Assembly (NCBI GenBank): GCA_050084985.1
Contig: JBITNC010000001.1
Location: 119,908,001 to 119,972,000, forward strand
DNA: 64,000 bases
Direction: 5' to 3'
Origin: Nageia nagi
Lineage: Eukaryota > Plantae > Pinophyta
Below the pieces are notes generated by a model, which was given only the letters and a program-made list of their open reading frames with translations, had not been told where the DNA came from and ran no database searches. Below, piece after piece: positions 27,181 through 41,000 of this stretch; within the stretch, counting starts at the first letter, position 1, and the number at the start of each line of letters is the position of its first letter. A program made the position numbers and the translations under genes.

Positions 27181-28081
27181 TATTTTTATGATCATCCCAA
27201 AGATTTAGGGAAAATGGTACTCACAATAACATATTTATTATAAAGATTCAAGGCATCCTAACGGTGCCTAGAGCAAAGGGTACTTGTAATGACAAATTCA
27301 TTATAAAGGTTTTTATGACCCTTGATGGTATTAAGGAAAAAAAATACTTGCAATGACAAGTTCATTGTGAGGATTCATTTTGTTAATATTGATTGCATAA
27401 TGTATTTCTTATGATTACCTTTTTTGGTTAGGTTTTAATTAACCATCACCGTTATTCCTTATAACTCTTTGAATTTCCATTATGATCTACCTCATATCGA
27501 TAATTAGGGCACATTATGTTATTTACCATATTTGTATGAGTTATGATTGCATTTTATTAGCTTCATTTGTGTTTTAGAAGTTGAAAAATTATTAAATAAG
27601 GAATGATATAAACCAAAAAATCAAGGATGTCCTTATTATTGATAATTGTTATAACATTGTTCTACCATGATGATAAGTAAGGTTTCATGCTCTATATATA
27701 TTTTTATAATCAAATATTGATGATAAAATTTCTTTCATTAACGTTCACTTTTATCAATGCAAAATCTATGGATAGTGAAAACCCTTACTATATTATATTA
27801 ATTTCATCTTTTCTTCTTATGATGTTTGCTCTATAAGATGACATATGTTGATATTATGATCTTTGGAAAGTTTTTTTTTATTTCTCATCATGAGTTCTTT
27901 ACACTTGATTTTTGGTGGTCAACTCTTCCACAACAATTAATGCAAAGAGGGGATATAATACATCACTAAAAATTTATTGATTTAAAGTTCTACTTCGTTT
28001 AGGGAAGTATTGTTTTTCTTTTCTCTTTCCTTTGAAAACATAATTTTATTTCATTTCATTATAACTTGCAAAGGGAGCAAC

Positions 28082-28848
28082 TATTGATGCCTAATTTGGT
28101 CCCCTTAGTAGGTCCAAACTAGTTGTCATGTGACCCTTAAGACATTATGATTTATGTTAGCTTGATATTACTTGCTATTATCAATAAAGGTCTATATAAG
28201 CAATATCTTATGCATGTTTTATCTTTGTTTATACAAGGGGCTACGAGTGTCAACACTATGCTACAATGGTGCTTTCAAGTAATCTCTTGTGTCTATAAAT
28301 AGAGAAACATATGCATGGGATGATAATTAAGATTTCATCTCGATAAGACCATGCATATACTATCAAAAACCTTGATGGTATCTCTCAACACCACATATTG
28401 AGATTAGATTTGTTACACTCAAAAGCTATTTATTATTTATACTTCGTAATATTCATAGAATAGGCTTGAATGACATCGACTCCAAACCTTGCAACCTAAA
28501 TCTTCAAGAGCACCAATGCCATCCCTAGGTTGCATACATCATCTCACTCTCAAATCAATGATTTGAGGCCTAGTGCTAGGAAATCTTCCATCTAGGAGTA
28601 TCTTCATCGACCAAGTAAGTAACATGTACATTTCTCTAATCCATTATCTCATAGGTTATAAATATGATCTGGTAACATAAGCAATTCATTCGATGCTTTA
28701 TTATTCTAAGTTATTTGATATATGCATATTTTATTTTGTTAGGCATCATAAACAATAAGCTCTATAATATGATTGATAATTGAATTAGATGCACTATATC
28801 TTAGCAACACCTTAAATAATCAATTAGGGATGCATTTTATCATCTTTA
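28082..28848 (+). repeat. 3' LTR of element C
   Basis: Preceded by a purine tract; collinear with 5255-6030; TATA ctataaata at ~28293. Confidence 0.8.
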
Positions 28849-29892
28849 GTTTGATGTAATAATAAGCACATATAAACCCAAAAATATAGTTAAAATAATG
28901 TGAGGGAGATGATATATTTGTTATTTACCTTAAATACTACATGATAGATGCTTTATTGAAGCTTTATAAAATATTTTTTATTACTCAAAAAATCATTTAG
29001 ATGTTCTAACAAATGTTAGAAAGATGATTGAGGATGGAGGATTGATTATAATTAATAATGATATTTTAACAACATTTCCCTAAGGCTTTAATAAGAAAAT
29101 AAGTAGGAAATTAGCAATTCTAAGTCTTATGGTGATATATAATAGCATGTGGAGTTTAAATCATGCAAAATTCCATCCATAAGACATCTTCTATTTATAA
29201 TTGAGCTTATGGATGTCCAATGAGGGGGAGATCCACCAACTTACATTAATAGAGGATTTAGAAGGATTATGAAAGGGATTTAGAGGTTAAGGCCACATGT
29301 TTGAGGCCTTTGGGGCTTTAGGCATATTTATTAGAATTGGTGTTAATATGGAATAAGGAATTTTTAGAGGGTGACTAGGGTAAGGTTAGCATTAACTAAG
29401 ATATAAGAGGATATGGAACATTTATGGAGATTAGAATTAGGAATATATTAAGGAAAGGTTAAGGTGTATATTAGTATAGAATTATATGTGTGTATTATGA
29501 TGAATATGGATGAAGTGAAGAATATGGGTATGTGTATTCATAATATGATGTTGTCATGCATCTATATTGTATTAGTAATAAATAAACACCCACATTTATG
29601 TATTATTATGTTGTTATTCATTACTTGCTTTCCAATTTTTTTTTACAAACTAAGTTAAGAGTGCATATTTTTTTATTTACTAATTTTTTATGTGAAATTT
29701 GTTGTTTTGGATACCCTTTCTTGCATAGAATCTAACATCACTCTTTTTCATTCAATGATGGACACTTTTCTAAAATACCCATGATATGGCTTCCATTTTT
29801 TCAAAATGCATGTTTGATGTCTTTAGAATTAATATTTCAATAATTGCAATAATACAATTAGAAGTAGCAATTCCAATATAATGGGTGTGATA

Positions 29893-29913
29893 TATTGGGT
29901 TATCTACACTTTT

Positions 29914-29964
<51 letters not shown>

Positions 29965-29979
29965 GTAGATAACCCAATA
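29893..29979. repeat. Perfect 20-bp inverted repeat enclosing a (TA)n tract (~87-bp palindrome)
   Basis: tattgggttatctacacttt (29893-29912) and aaagtgtagataacccaata (29960-29979). Confidence 0.9.
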
Positions 29980-30714
29980 GGGGAGTTGGAGAGAAAGGAT
30001 ATGTTAAAACTCTCATGAGAGAGGCCCGAATTCAATTCTCTCCCCTTTGGGTCGGATGCATAGAATCTGCAATTGTTATCACGGTACGGTCAGGCTAGGT
30101 ATAAGCCTTGGCTGAATTTGACAAAAAAGATACCTCTGTCCATTGCTTCTCAAGCTAAAGGCTAACTTTCTTTATTTCCCAGAAACAAGGTGGTTCCATA
30201 AAAAAAATATTTTCTTTTTAAGTTTCCACCCTACTTTGTGTGCTAGCATGATCAAGACAAAATTTACTAATACACTCCCTTTTCAAAATCACATCAAACT
30301 TAGCATGTAGAAATTTAATTTACAAAAAATGCTTAACTAACTTACTAACAAATCTTTTCTAATTATATAAATTTAAGAAAAAATTAAAATTAAAGATTAT
30401 ATCTTTTTTTAATCTACTTTCTCTTTTGAATTAAGTATATACATTGCTTTCTAATCAATCTAACACAACAAATATAGATAATAAAATTGTATCCTCTACT
30501 CAATCCTATCCTATAGAAAAGTTGCATAACATGTTTATATCACTTAATAATCATCAATTGTCTTCATGATAAAATAATAGTTGCATCAACCAATCAAAAC
30601 CTATGAATTGGTATGATGTGCTACTTCTAAATATTTATTCCTAAGATTCCGACCAAAATCATAATCATTCTAAATAGAAAACTTTCTAACAGATAAAAAA
30701 AGATCATTTTTAAA

Positions 30715-30928
30715 ATAGCATCCGCCTGTGGCAGAAGGCCATAAGGCTTCAAATAAAAGACAAACTTGAAGTCAAATTGGTCTGATGTAAACAGGGGACA
30801 CTCCTGTTAACCATATCTTCTGCAACTTCAGTGTTAAATTGCACTTATCTTCAGTTTCGATACCTACGCCTCAGAAAGCAAAGGACAGGGAAATTGCATA
30901 ACAAATATATCTCAGCCTGCTTCTCCAG
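30715..30928 (+). other. Putative non-coding first exon of an unidentified host gene, followed by a long intron
   Basis: Ends in a strong donor CAG|GTATGA at 30928/30929; downstream sequence is T-rich, non-repetitive and less decayed than 1-29 kb. No coding exon identified. Confidence 0.35.
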
Positions 30929-33900
30929 GTATGACATCTCTGGTCTCCTGATACTTAATATATCTAGATGTAATTTATTTGTAAGGGTATAAAATCTCAT
31001 TTGTGTTTCCTGTCTTGTTGTGGGTTTCTTGGAAATTAACGTTATTTCCAGATTCTATTTTAATACCTTTTATTTTGTAGATTATTGTTATGGGTTTTTG
31101 TAATGATGGCATGAAATTAATATAGTTGATTCTGGGTCTTTCAGTAGTGTTGGACATTTTCAAGATTGCGGGAGGTTTTTAGAGAGTGGTTTTGTTGAAT
31201 GCCTCATATTTCATTTCATTGATTTTAGTGGGTACATAGTGTATGATAACCGAAATGAATTGAAATCAGATGGAGGCTGAATAATTCACTTCTGATCAGT
31301 TGGTCAAAGCCGATTGCTTGAATAGGGTTTTATTGATTATAGTTTGTGTGGCTTTCGTGCAGAAATAAGAAGGATTTTGACTTATGCCGGCTAGATTAGT
31401 TCAGCAATTTGCTTTCTTCTTATCTTTTGGATTCATTAAATTCAAGAAGCTTGAATGTTTTTCATCTCTCTAATGCATGTTGGCAACCTCGTCATTTTAG
31501 GAGTGTTATTGTGGGAGTTTTAGATTCCCAAACCCAAAAGTTCAAATTTATTTTTGAGGAAGTTTTAAAGAAAGATATTGAGTCATCTTCCTTATTCCAT
31601 TTGATTTAAGAAACTTTCTGGAGAATATTTACCCATCTAGTGGGCAACCTCTCAGAATCCAGTTGCCAATAAGGGTTTTAACACTTTATTAGGAATGAAG
31701 TGAGCTACAAAGCTCCTTTTACTAAAATAGAAGCAATCGTAGTTTAAGTCAAGATATTTTTCACTTCAATATAAGCAATTGTGGTTTAACTCAAAGTGAT
31801 CGAGGAGAGGGTAAAAATATGGCCGTATAGATGAGCAGCGGGCTCAGTAATAGTCAGTTGAAGGGCAAAGAAACAGCAGTTGGGAATGGGCACAAGTTTG
31901 ACCAATGGAAAAGGAGATTGTTGCTGCAGATGACCTATTATTAGCGTATGTGGATATTTATTTATAAAAATAATAGCGGTCGCACTTTCACAAAAGAGCA
32001 TATTAAACATCAGAGTTTTTAATATGGCATAGAGCATCGATAATTTCCTTCTATTATCTTTTGCTCAAAACAAAAGGAAAACAAACTCCATATTGAAAAC
32101 TAGCTAATACACACCAAAGGAGGCTGAGAATGATCCTTGGTCTTCCTTTAAATTACATTTGCCACTAATTGTCAGAACAAAGGGAAAATATGACACATAG
32201 GCATCCAAACAATTGCAGATGACTGTTACAGTTGGTTTCAAGGCCTTTTGTTTTATTAGACTGCTCAGAAGTGATTCCATTTTTTGACTTGAGCCATCTC
32301 ATCTGATTCTGAACAGAAAAAACCACAGTTTAGAAGTGAGAAATCAGGTTGACTCTTATTTAAGATAGAACAGGGTTAAGAGAGGACTTGCAATTTGTGT
32401 TCTTCCTTCTTCATTAGCATCGCCATGCCAACAGAATATTCATCTTACAATTTATGAATCATATTGATATATGTAGTTTATTTGATTGAGTCATATATAC
32501 CATATATAGTTAAATTTATGTTTTATAGGGGTCTCTTGCGTTGGAATCTTTTCTATTATGAATTTCATTTTCCTTTCATTTAGCAGGGAATGACTTTTCT
32601 ATATTGAGAGAGAATATCTCGTTTTTTCCATGATTTCTTTATTTAAATCATTAGCCAGTTTCAGAACTATGTGTTGTACTTAATCTGCCATTGCTTTGAA
32701 TAATTAGGAATCAAAACCTGGTGTCATCTTTTTTATTACTTTAAAAATATTGTCCACTTGTGCAGATTATATTAATAGTTGGAAATTACAAAAATCAACC
32801 TTGTATGGTGGTCCCTCTCATCTTATTCATTCCATACGGAAGAAGAGGATTTCTTGTGTCCTTTATATACATATGAGTGACAATTTATTGATATGTTGCT
32901 AGGATGTTGATTTTGATGCCTCAGTAAGTTATAAAATTATGCTTTCTGCAGCTTGCAGACCCTTATTCTTTCTAGTTTGATTTTTTAAGTCTTCAAAGAA
33001 TGCCAATTTATAGCCTTAGGTATGTTTGACTGGACAAAAATAACAAACTAGTGGACTGGTAAGGAATTTACCATCCATCATAGTCAAGATACATTTACTA
33101 TAATAGAGGAGAAGAGTACAATCTGTCCAACATCCTAAGATGGGCTCGTTAAAAGGCAAAAGGCCTGGCATTTTGTCATCCCACTTTGTATTATCTTTTT
33201 CATTTGCATTCTTTCACATTATAACTAGAAAACCAGTGATTCAACCACTGTATATACCAATACATGGAATCATTAGAAACTACAAAATTAGTCATCATTA
33301 ATAAGCCATAATTAAAAGCACAAAACCCATCACATGATAACTCAAAACATGCATCCCTGACAAAAATCTCCTTTACTTATGGATTGGTTTTCTTCTAGAC
33401 ATGCGCATGACATAATCCTTCATTAGATATATTGATCCAAAATATAATGCCTTGTATTTTTTCTGGGACTTTTGGTTAGCCATCTTTGAATATCCCTGTT
33501 TAACTAAGACAAATATTGAAATGAGTTTCATCAACTGGAACCATTTTGCATGATCTTCTTTTCTCAAGATCTGTTTTGCCAAGGAAATCAGCAAATAGGC
33601 CATGCTTACCATTTACCAAATTCCCTGCCAATTTGTTCTCTATAAAATTTTGTGTGCTCATCCTTCATTGGTGACTTTATCTTGCTACATCCTCGTTGTT
33701 TCTTCCATTGGTTTAGAGCTTTTAATTAAGAATTTTGAAATTACCTTTTTTGTAACTCTGCTGACGTTCCTTTCTCAGTTCACACTTTCCATTGTGCATA
33801 TCTCTTCTTCCTATAGGCTTTTTATTCATCTGTTCTTGATAATATCTTCTATTCTCTCATTTTTTATCTGATATAATTCTTTAATTCCAGTCACCAGGTT

Positions 33901-34402
33901 AATAATTTTATTGACTCAAAGAGGATAACTTTGGAAATGCAAACATTTCAACAAAATTTATGTTTACCAATAAAAAATACATTCATTTGACTGAAGATTT
34001 TCATATAGAATCATAATGACAGAAAGGAAAGCATGAAGTGAAAAAAAGTAATTGTAAATTAAGGAAAAATGAAAAATTGTGCAGGAGGTGTGGTAATCAA
34101 GTGCACTTCTCCTAAAGATTGAAGAACAGTACCACTCCACATACTTTAGCAATCATGCAAGGAATTATAACAATCCAAGGATAGTTTTTTATTGTAATCA
34201 TACCTAGAAGCATTTTAGGTTTATGTTATATGTCCATAGAGAAACTTCAAATAAAAATCAAGACAGCTGAAGAAGATATTTACTTTAAGGTAGAAGTCCA
34301 CAAATGGGTTACAAATATTTGGATTGAAGAAATCAATAGACTACTTGATACGTGTGAGATGATGTCTTATTCATATCCTGTTCAATTCCCAAATATTCCA
34401 AT

Positions 34403-34874
34403 CATAGTGTTAAGACTTCATAGTCTTGAGTTGAGTCAGGATTAGCCAGTCCATATGACTGGACTCTTAAGTCTTTCCAAGACTCTGCAAGTGTTAATGA
34501 ATCCAATGAGTTTGGCAAGTCTAACTTCTAGATTGACTGAATTTCTATTGGACCTAAGGAGAAAAAAAAAAAAGAAAACACAAAGCAATATTGAAAAAAG
34601 TACATATTATACACATTTTGTTTGTTGTAGTTTTCATCCATTATTTATAGTGTTAATATGGTTAATGTTTTATGTCACGGATGTGAATTCATTGAACATA
34701 CTATAAAATAATGCTAGTTGTGAAATTTGCTATTTTTATGACTTTGTAATTGTTGAGTTTTTTGCTGCGTTTTTTGCTATTTTTCTGTGAGTTTAACATC
34801 AAGTAAAAATAAGCCCACTGAGTCTAAGACAATTTTGAATCTCAATACTGTGATTCCAACATTTTAAAGCTATG
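34403..34874. mobile_element. Old hAT-type MITE candidate
   Basis: Imperfect TIRs catagtgttaaga / ttttaaagctatg resembling the hAT ends at 38078/41986; subterminal gagtc/gactc motifs; TSD not recognisable. Confidence 0.4.
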
Positions 34875-36499
34875 GTGACCATGAGGGTATTAACCTGCGG
34901 TTGGCTTAAGTTCACCACAAACCAGGTCTCAAAGCCTTGGTTGTTAATTTTGTTAACTCAGATTGCAGCTATTCACTTTGTGAATAATGAGAAATGCAGA
35001 CCCAACAAAAATGATAGGAAACTAGCAAAAATAATTAACATACTGCACACAGAAACTAACACAGCAGAATGAAAAAAGAATAGATTTTGGCACTTTGATG
35101 GAGTTTTGTATTACTTTCAAAATCAATACATACACACAACACTGCACAAAAGAAAAAATAAATCTAAAATATATCACATCCTAGGTCCATGCTTTTCAGT
35201 TCCCTGGTGCCAGGTGGATTCTCATGGATTTTTCTTGATTCCTATATGTCTGTTGTCTTGCTCAAATCTAAGAGGCATTGAATCTTTTCATGCTGAGAGG
35301 TGTAACTACAGCTGCAGCATGGGGAAGTGGAGAGCCATATGTCACATGTGTGTCCGTCAACAATATGTCGGCTTTATTTAAAAAAATAAAGTTGGCTAAT
35401 AAAAAATGTCTACATAACTATATAAATATATCACGTAGTTCACAAAAAAACAAATTCAATTACTTGCACAAAACAGAAATAATTCACATAAAAATAATTC
35501 TAATAATTTAAATAGAAGGTTACAAATAATTCGAATAAGAGATAGGCTTGGGAATGATATCTCTCGGTGTTTTTTGATATATAAAGGATTATATCAAAGC
35601 TAGTTTATTTTATTGTTTCATATTTTTGATCAAAAAATTGACATGACAATTTTCGAGCTACATGATTTTATGCCCTTGGTCACATGGCATACATGCCTAG
35701 AATAGTTTCAAAAGTTAATATTCAGAAAGTAGTCATCGAGAGCTTTTGAATGGCGAGTAGAACATAAGAGACAGACTTATAGATCAGAAGTTATAGTCTC
35801 CAGGAGTTGGTTTATCAAAACTGCCAACAGTGGACAATGTAATGTTTTTTAACATCTCTGCAACCACCCAAAACTGATTCAAAGTTGTCAGAATGCCTCC
35901 AAACTCTATAGAGAAGATCATTTTATTGTTGTTCCACTGACAACAAGAAGTCCTCGTGAAGTGATCAACTCTTCATTGGTTGATTAAACTCCTTCCTCTC
36001 ATGATAAACAAAGCAAGACAACTCGCCAGTAACCTGGTCAAACTCACTAGTTGTTTAACTCAAGAGTTATTCACTGTTCAAATGAAAAGCTTGCATGTTT
36101 TTCTAGGTTTGACAAGGTCACTTACAACTTAGTAGTCGTGTTGTACAAATTGGAGAGTCAAGTAAAGAGTTGACTCAACTTGTTATGGATGAAGAATTTG
36201 CAAAATTAAAGAGTACAGTGCAATGAAGTGGTCCCATGGCAAGCTTGGACCAAGAACATAATGATCAAAATATTCCATTTCCCACCTTAAGGCTAGCTGT
36301 GCATTCCTGGAATCCCTATTTCATTCTGATATGGCAGTAGAGAAGAGTTCCGGGTTTATTATTTATTAAGATGCTTACTTGTAAAGAGATTGCTCAATTG
36401 CACTACAGAGCATAGTAATTCCAACCACCCTATCGAGTTGTTAATGGCTTGTGAGACCAATAAAAATAGAGATATGATTACAAATTAAAATATATGATA

Positions 36500-37551
36500 T
36501 ATGACATGAATGAAAGTCTCATTACAATACATCCTTCCTTAGTAACAACATTTGTAAATTAACTTTCCTAGTAGCTGCTCAATGTTGTCCCCATAAAAGC
36601 TTTGGGTAAAATATAGGTGAATCGCTTCTTAGTGGAAATGGCCTGAAGGTTAATATTTGAATTTTGCATGTTTCGCTGAAAATTAGTGCATATTTATCTC
36701 AATGTGCTGTGTCCTTTGATTTTTAATTCGGTTATGTGCCTTGTATAAAATTGGTTTTTATAATATGTGTTTGTGGGGCAACTTTACTTCAGGCCAAGCT
36801 CTTTGAGCAAATGCCTCATCCATAGTCTCTTTTCATGCTTCCACCATGATTCAATATTCAACTTATACCAATGAAAGAGCAACAATTCGAAAGTTAAAAA
36901 GTTGTTGGGACTGTTTACCATAGTAGAAGATCCTCTGTTATAAGAGGGTTCGCATATCAATTGATACTTTTTGTTTTCTTTCAATGGTATTGTCTTGGGT
37001 TTTACACGAATCTTGGGACAGAATGAAGGCAATATGGGGCCTACTTTGGTTTAAATACAAAAGATTTCATATCATGGAATGAAACAATGTACATTTAACC
37101 ATAGCATCATTTGGATCTCTAAGCACAATCTTCACTCCTGAAGCCATAGAGATTGAAACATGCTTATATTCAACCATATTGAACATTTACATGGCATATT
37201 TCGGATGAAAGATGGCAATGTCTGTGTACAATTGCCATTCTTACATGTCCAAGAAAAAAAAGATGAAGTCTGAAGTTTATCATCTTAGAAGTCTTATACA
37301 ACCTGCTTTTTGTAGCCTTCATCTCGTAAGAAGAATCCCCTGTAAGGTTTAAAGTATTCACATATATCACAATGCCAAGGATGTTTTTTTGGATGTAGAT
37401 GTTTCTCTTGGATTTGCTTTGACAAAGCTAGACTTGATAAGAAATTATCGACCTTTTTGTACCATGTCCTTGCACGAGTTTAAGGCTACACCAACACAGT
37501 TTTTTTTTCTATTTACACAATTTTTGTTTTACAAACCTTGGAAGTTATTTG
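36500..37551 (-). pseudogene. pol: Old Ty1/copia (J) RT C-terminal half plus RNase H remnant
   Basis: RTWYKKVDNFL, IYVNTLNLTGD (decayed YVDD), QRTQHIEINMH and YILPKAF (decayed DILTKAL). Confidence 0.75.
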
Positions 37552-38077
37552 TGAAGGAATTTGATGTTCCATAGTTTGAATTCCATTTTTACATATCTCC
37601 CATGCTTGCACATCTCCTCCAACAGTTACTATGCGACGGACTAATACTTCCCCTATTGGCATTTATTTTCTTTGCAGGCATGTAGTTGAGCTCTTAATGC
37701 TCACAATATGATAAGATCTTCCTTGGATGCACAAACATATGGACGCCCATTCCTTTTTGATAAATTTCATTTATGTTTTTTCTAATTCTCTAAGCGGACC
37801 ATGATCCATCAAATTTTTTGGAGTCTCCAATACTTCACCTTTTGTATCTATAAATAGGACTTAGTTTTCCTTTGCAAGATGTAGAAGAGATTATTGTAAT
37901 GTTATACTAATTTTCAGCACTCATAATAGAAAACATTTCATTTGCTTTGCAATTCTTTGTTTTCATTCTCTTCGTGCACTTTAGCAACTGTGTATGACTC
38001 GGCATCTTCGTGCAAATGTCTTGAAGCTGGTTTGAGGTATTTCTTATTGTTAAATCCACATTTTAGCTTCTGGGTAT

Positions 38078-41000
38078 CATAGTTGTAAAAATCGAATCGG
38101 AATCGGGTAAAATCGGAATCGGCCAAGCAAATGATCCGATTCAAATCGGATCCGATTTTTTTCAAAAAAGTGTTTATTAGATTTATCTGATTCAGATTAG
38201 CAATTTTTTAGGAAAAAAATTGCAATTTTTTCGAATAAAATCGACAAAGAATCGATTGACAATTTTTCAAGAGTAAATTTGATTTTTTCCGATTTTTTGG
38301 CCGATTCGATTTTGAAAAAAATCGTGATTCTCGATTAAAAAATGGGCAAAAAATCGTCTAGTCGTCTTGGGCGCAGTTATAGGGGTTTAAGTCACCAAAA
38401 AACTCAATCATTTCATTTCGTTTTGCATTCTAGAGCTAAGAGGAGCTAAGAGAAGTTGAGCTGACACCATTTTCAACAAGTTTGAAGAGATTCCAAGTAA
38501 GTTTCCAACTTTCCAATGCTTTATGAGTTTTGATGGGTATTTTTTATTTTCTTTCCAAGGCTTCAGCTATTTGTTTTTTTCTTTTTTGTTTGTATTTGCA
38601 GCTGCAAGTATGAGTTCTCCAGGCCGTAGGAAAGATAGGACAGATGTTGCTTGGCCATATGTCATAGAGATTGAAACAACAGGCACTCTTATTTGCAATT
38701 TTTGTAGGGAACCTATTGGTGGAGGTATTTATAGAATGAAATTTTACTTATCAAGAATGGTTGGGAATAATGGTAGACCTTGCCCTAAGGTGGATCAAGA
38801 TGTCCAGAGGCAAATGATTGCCATAATAGAAGTCAAGGCAGCAGAGAAGCAGACAAAGAAAAGAACAAAATCAGAAATTGCTAGAGGTTTTCACCAACTC
38901 CCCCTCCACCTCCACCTCCAGGGTTTCCAGGGGTAGGTTCTACCCAGAGCCATTTCTTTGAAGAGGGCCTTCCTAGTGGTAGTGCAACAACTGCAACAGC
39001 AAAGCAAACCCCCACCAGTAAGATGAAGAATCTAGCAGGCTCTAGTAGTGCAATGAAGTGTGATTTTTTTGCAACTCGTGGTGCCCAAACCACACTTGAT
39101 CAATCATGGAATAAGGATAAGTTTGAGGAAGCCAAAAAGGCAATCGCAAATTTTTGGTATTACTCTAATCTTTCCTTTAATGTGGCGAACTCGCCATATT
39201 GGAAGTACATGGTTAGAGTTATTGCTGCTTGTGGTGTTGGATTCAAAGCACCAACTTATAGTGATTTGAGAGGTCCTATGCTGGATGTAGCTGTTTTAGA
39301 TTGCAGGAGGGTTATTGATGAGCAGAAGAAGATTTGGAGAAGAAAGGGTTGCAGCATTCTTAGCGATGGTTGGATCGATACACAAGGGAGAACTTTGTTG
39401 AACTTTTTGGCTGCTTCTTCAAGAGGTTTGGTATTCTTGAAGTCAGTAGATGCATAAGGTGAAATAAAAAAATAGTGATTATTTATTTGGGCAGCGGCAA
39501 ATAATCATCGAGGTGGGGGTTGAGAATGTTGTGCAAGTATATTTATTATTTTCTATCTATTTTGTTTCGGTTTATTTTGTGCATGTTATCATTTTTTGAT
39601 TTAAATTTTTAATAATTAAAATTTAATTCATCTAAGTTTAAAACTTAACATTAAATTTTATGTTGTGCACATTATAGGTTATCACGGATAATGCTTCTGC
39701 ATACATTAAAGCAGGGGAGAGGATTGAGAAAGAGTACCCTACCATTTTTTGGACTCCTTATGCTACACATGTCATCGACTTACTTCTTGAGGACATAGGA
39801 AGGGTAGATTGGATCAAAGAGGTTATGGAAACAACAAAGAATATCACCAAATATATCTACAATCATGCTTGGGTCCTCCATTTGATGAGGACAAATTTCA
39901 CAAATGGAAAGGGTCTAATACGTCCTGGTAAATTTTTTATTATTTTCCAACTTTCAATGTATTGCATTTATTATTATTTTATATTCTATTTTTTAAATTT
40001 TTCATTAAATTAAATTAATGAATTTTGCATGTAGCCACTACACGATTTGCAACATCATTTCTTACATTGTAGAGTATTTTTAATACTCGAATTGCATTGA
40101 AACAAATGTTTGTGAGCAACAAGTGGATGGAGTCGAGATATGCACATGAACCAGAGGGCAAGAATATCGTTAATTGTATCTTTGATGATGATTATTGGAC
40201 AGACACACTTCAGATTTTGAGGGTATAATTCTATTTCAATTTTCAACTTTTTCACTTTTCTACTATCCGAAATTTTGAATCATTCCATATTGAATTGATT
40301 AAAATTTAATTCATTAAAATTGTTATTAATTTAGTTGTATAATTGATAATTCACTTTGCAGATTACAGAGCCCTTAGTGAGGGTGCTTTGCCTTGTGGAC
40401 TCAAAGAAGCCATCCATGGGGTACGTGTAGGAGGCGATGGATAAGGCAAAGGAGGCCATTTCTGCTTTTTTTGGTTATCAAGCATCAGGATTTCAGTACA
40501 TTTGGGACATGGTTGATTGTAGGGGAAATACTCAATTGCATAAGCCTCTACATGGAGCGGGGATTTACTTGAACCCCAAGTTCTTCTATGCAGATAATTT
40601 TGATCCATTGAATGGGGAGATTAACGTAGGTATCCACTAGTAAATATTAATCAACTTTGAGGATTTTGTCTTCAATTTTCAACTTAACCTATTGAATTTG
40701 AATATATTGGATTTTGATGGGCATTTAAATTTTGTAGGTCTCCACAAGGCTATTAACTGTTTGGTGCTAGATAAGGAGATTAGGACCAAAATTTTAAGAG
40801 TAGAGCTTCAAGATTACAAGAAAGCACAAGGCTACTTGTTCTCATCCCCATAATGTATAGAATCAAGGACAACTCTAGCTCCAGGTAACAAAATGCATTT
40901 TCAATCTTTTTAAAGTGAATTGCCCAATTAGTAACATCTTGAAAAATGCATATCTTATTTGTTTTTCTTGCTGTTTTTTTTTAGATCTATGGTGGGAGTA

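Larger units (their letters stand above)
5255..28848 (+). mobile_element. Element C: old Tat/Ogre-like LTR element (LTR-PBS-gag-antisense PMD gene-PPT-LTR) hosting nested B and D
   Basis: Homologous LTRs at 5255-6030 and 28082-28848; PBS-like tagttaacccgaa at 6034; PPT aaagggagcaac ending 28081; gag on +; PMD on - reads through the B insertion site. TSD not recognisable. Confidence 0.7.

Noticed and set aside
28880-29740. Possible additional LTR fragment
   Set aside because: No partner copy, clear termini or TSD found in the window.
29995-30130. tRNA or tRNA-derived SINE (gaggcccgaattcaattctc resembles a B box; short A tail)
   Set aside because: No convincing A box, cloverleaf or TSD; too weak to call.
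35180-35345. Possible miRNA precursor or coding exon
   Set aside because: No extended hairpin or known mature miRNA recognised, and no convincing open frame with both splice sites.
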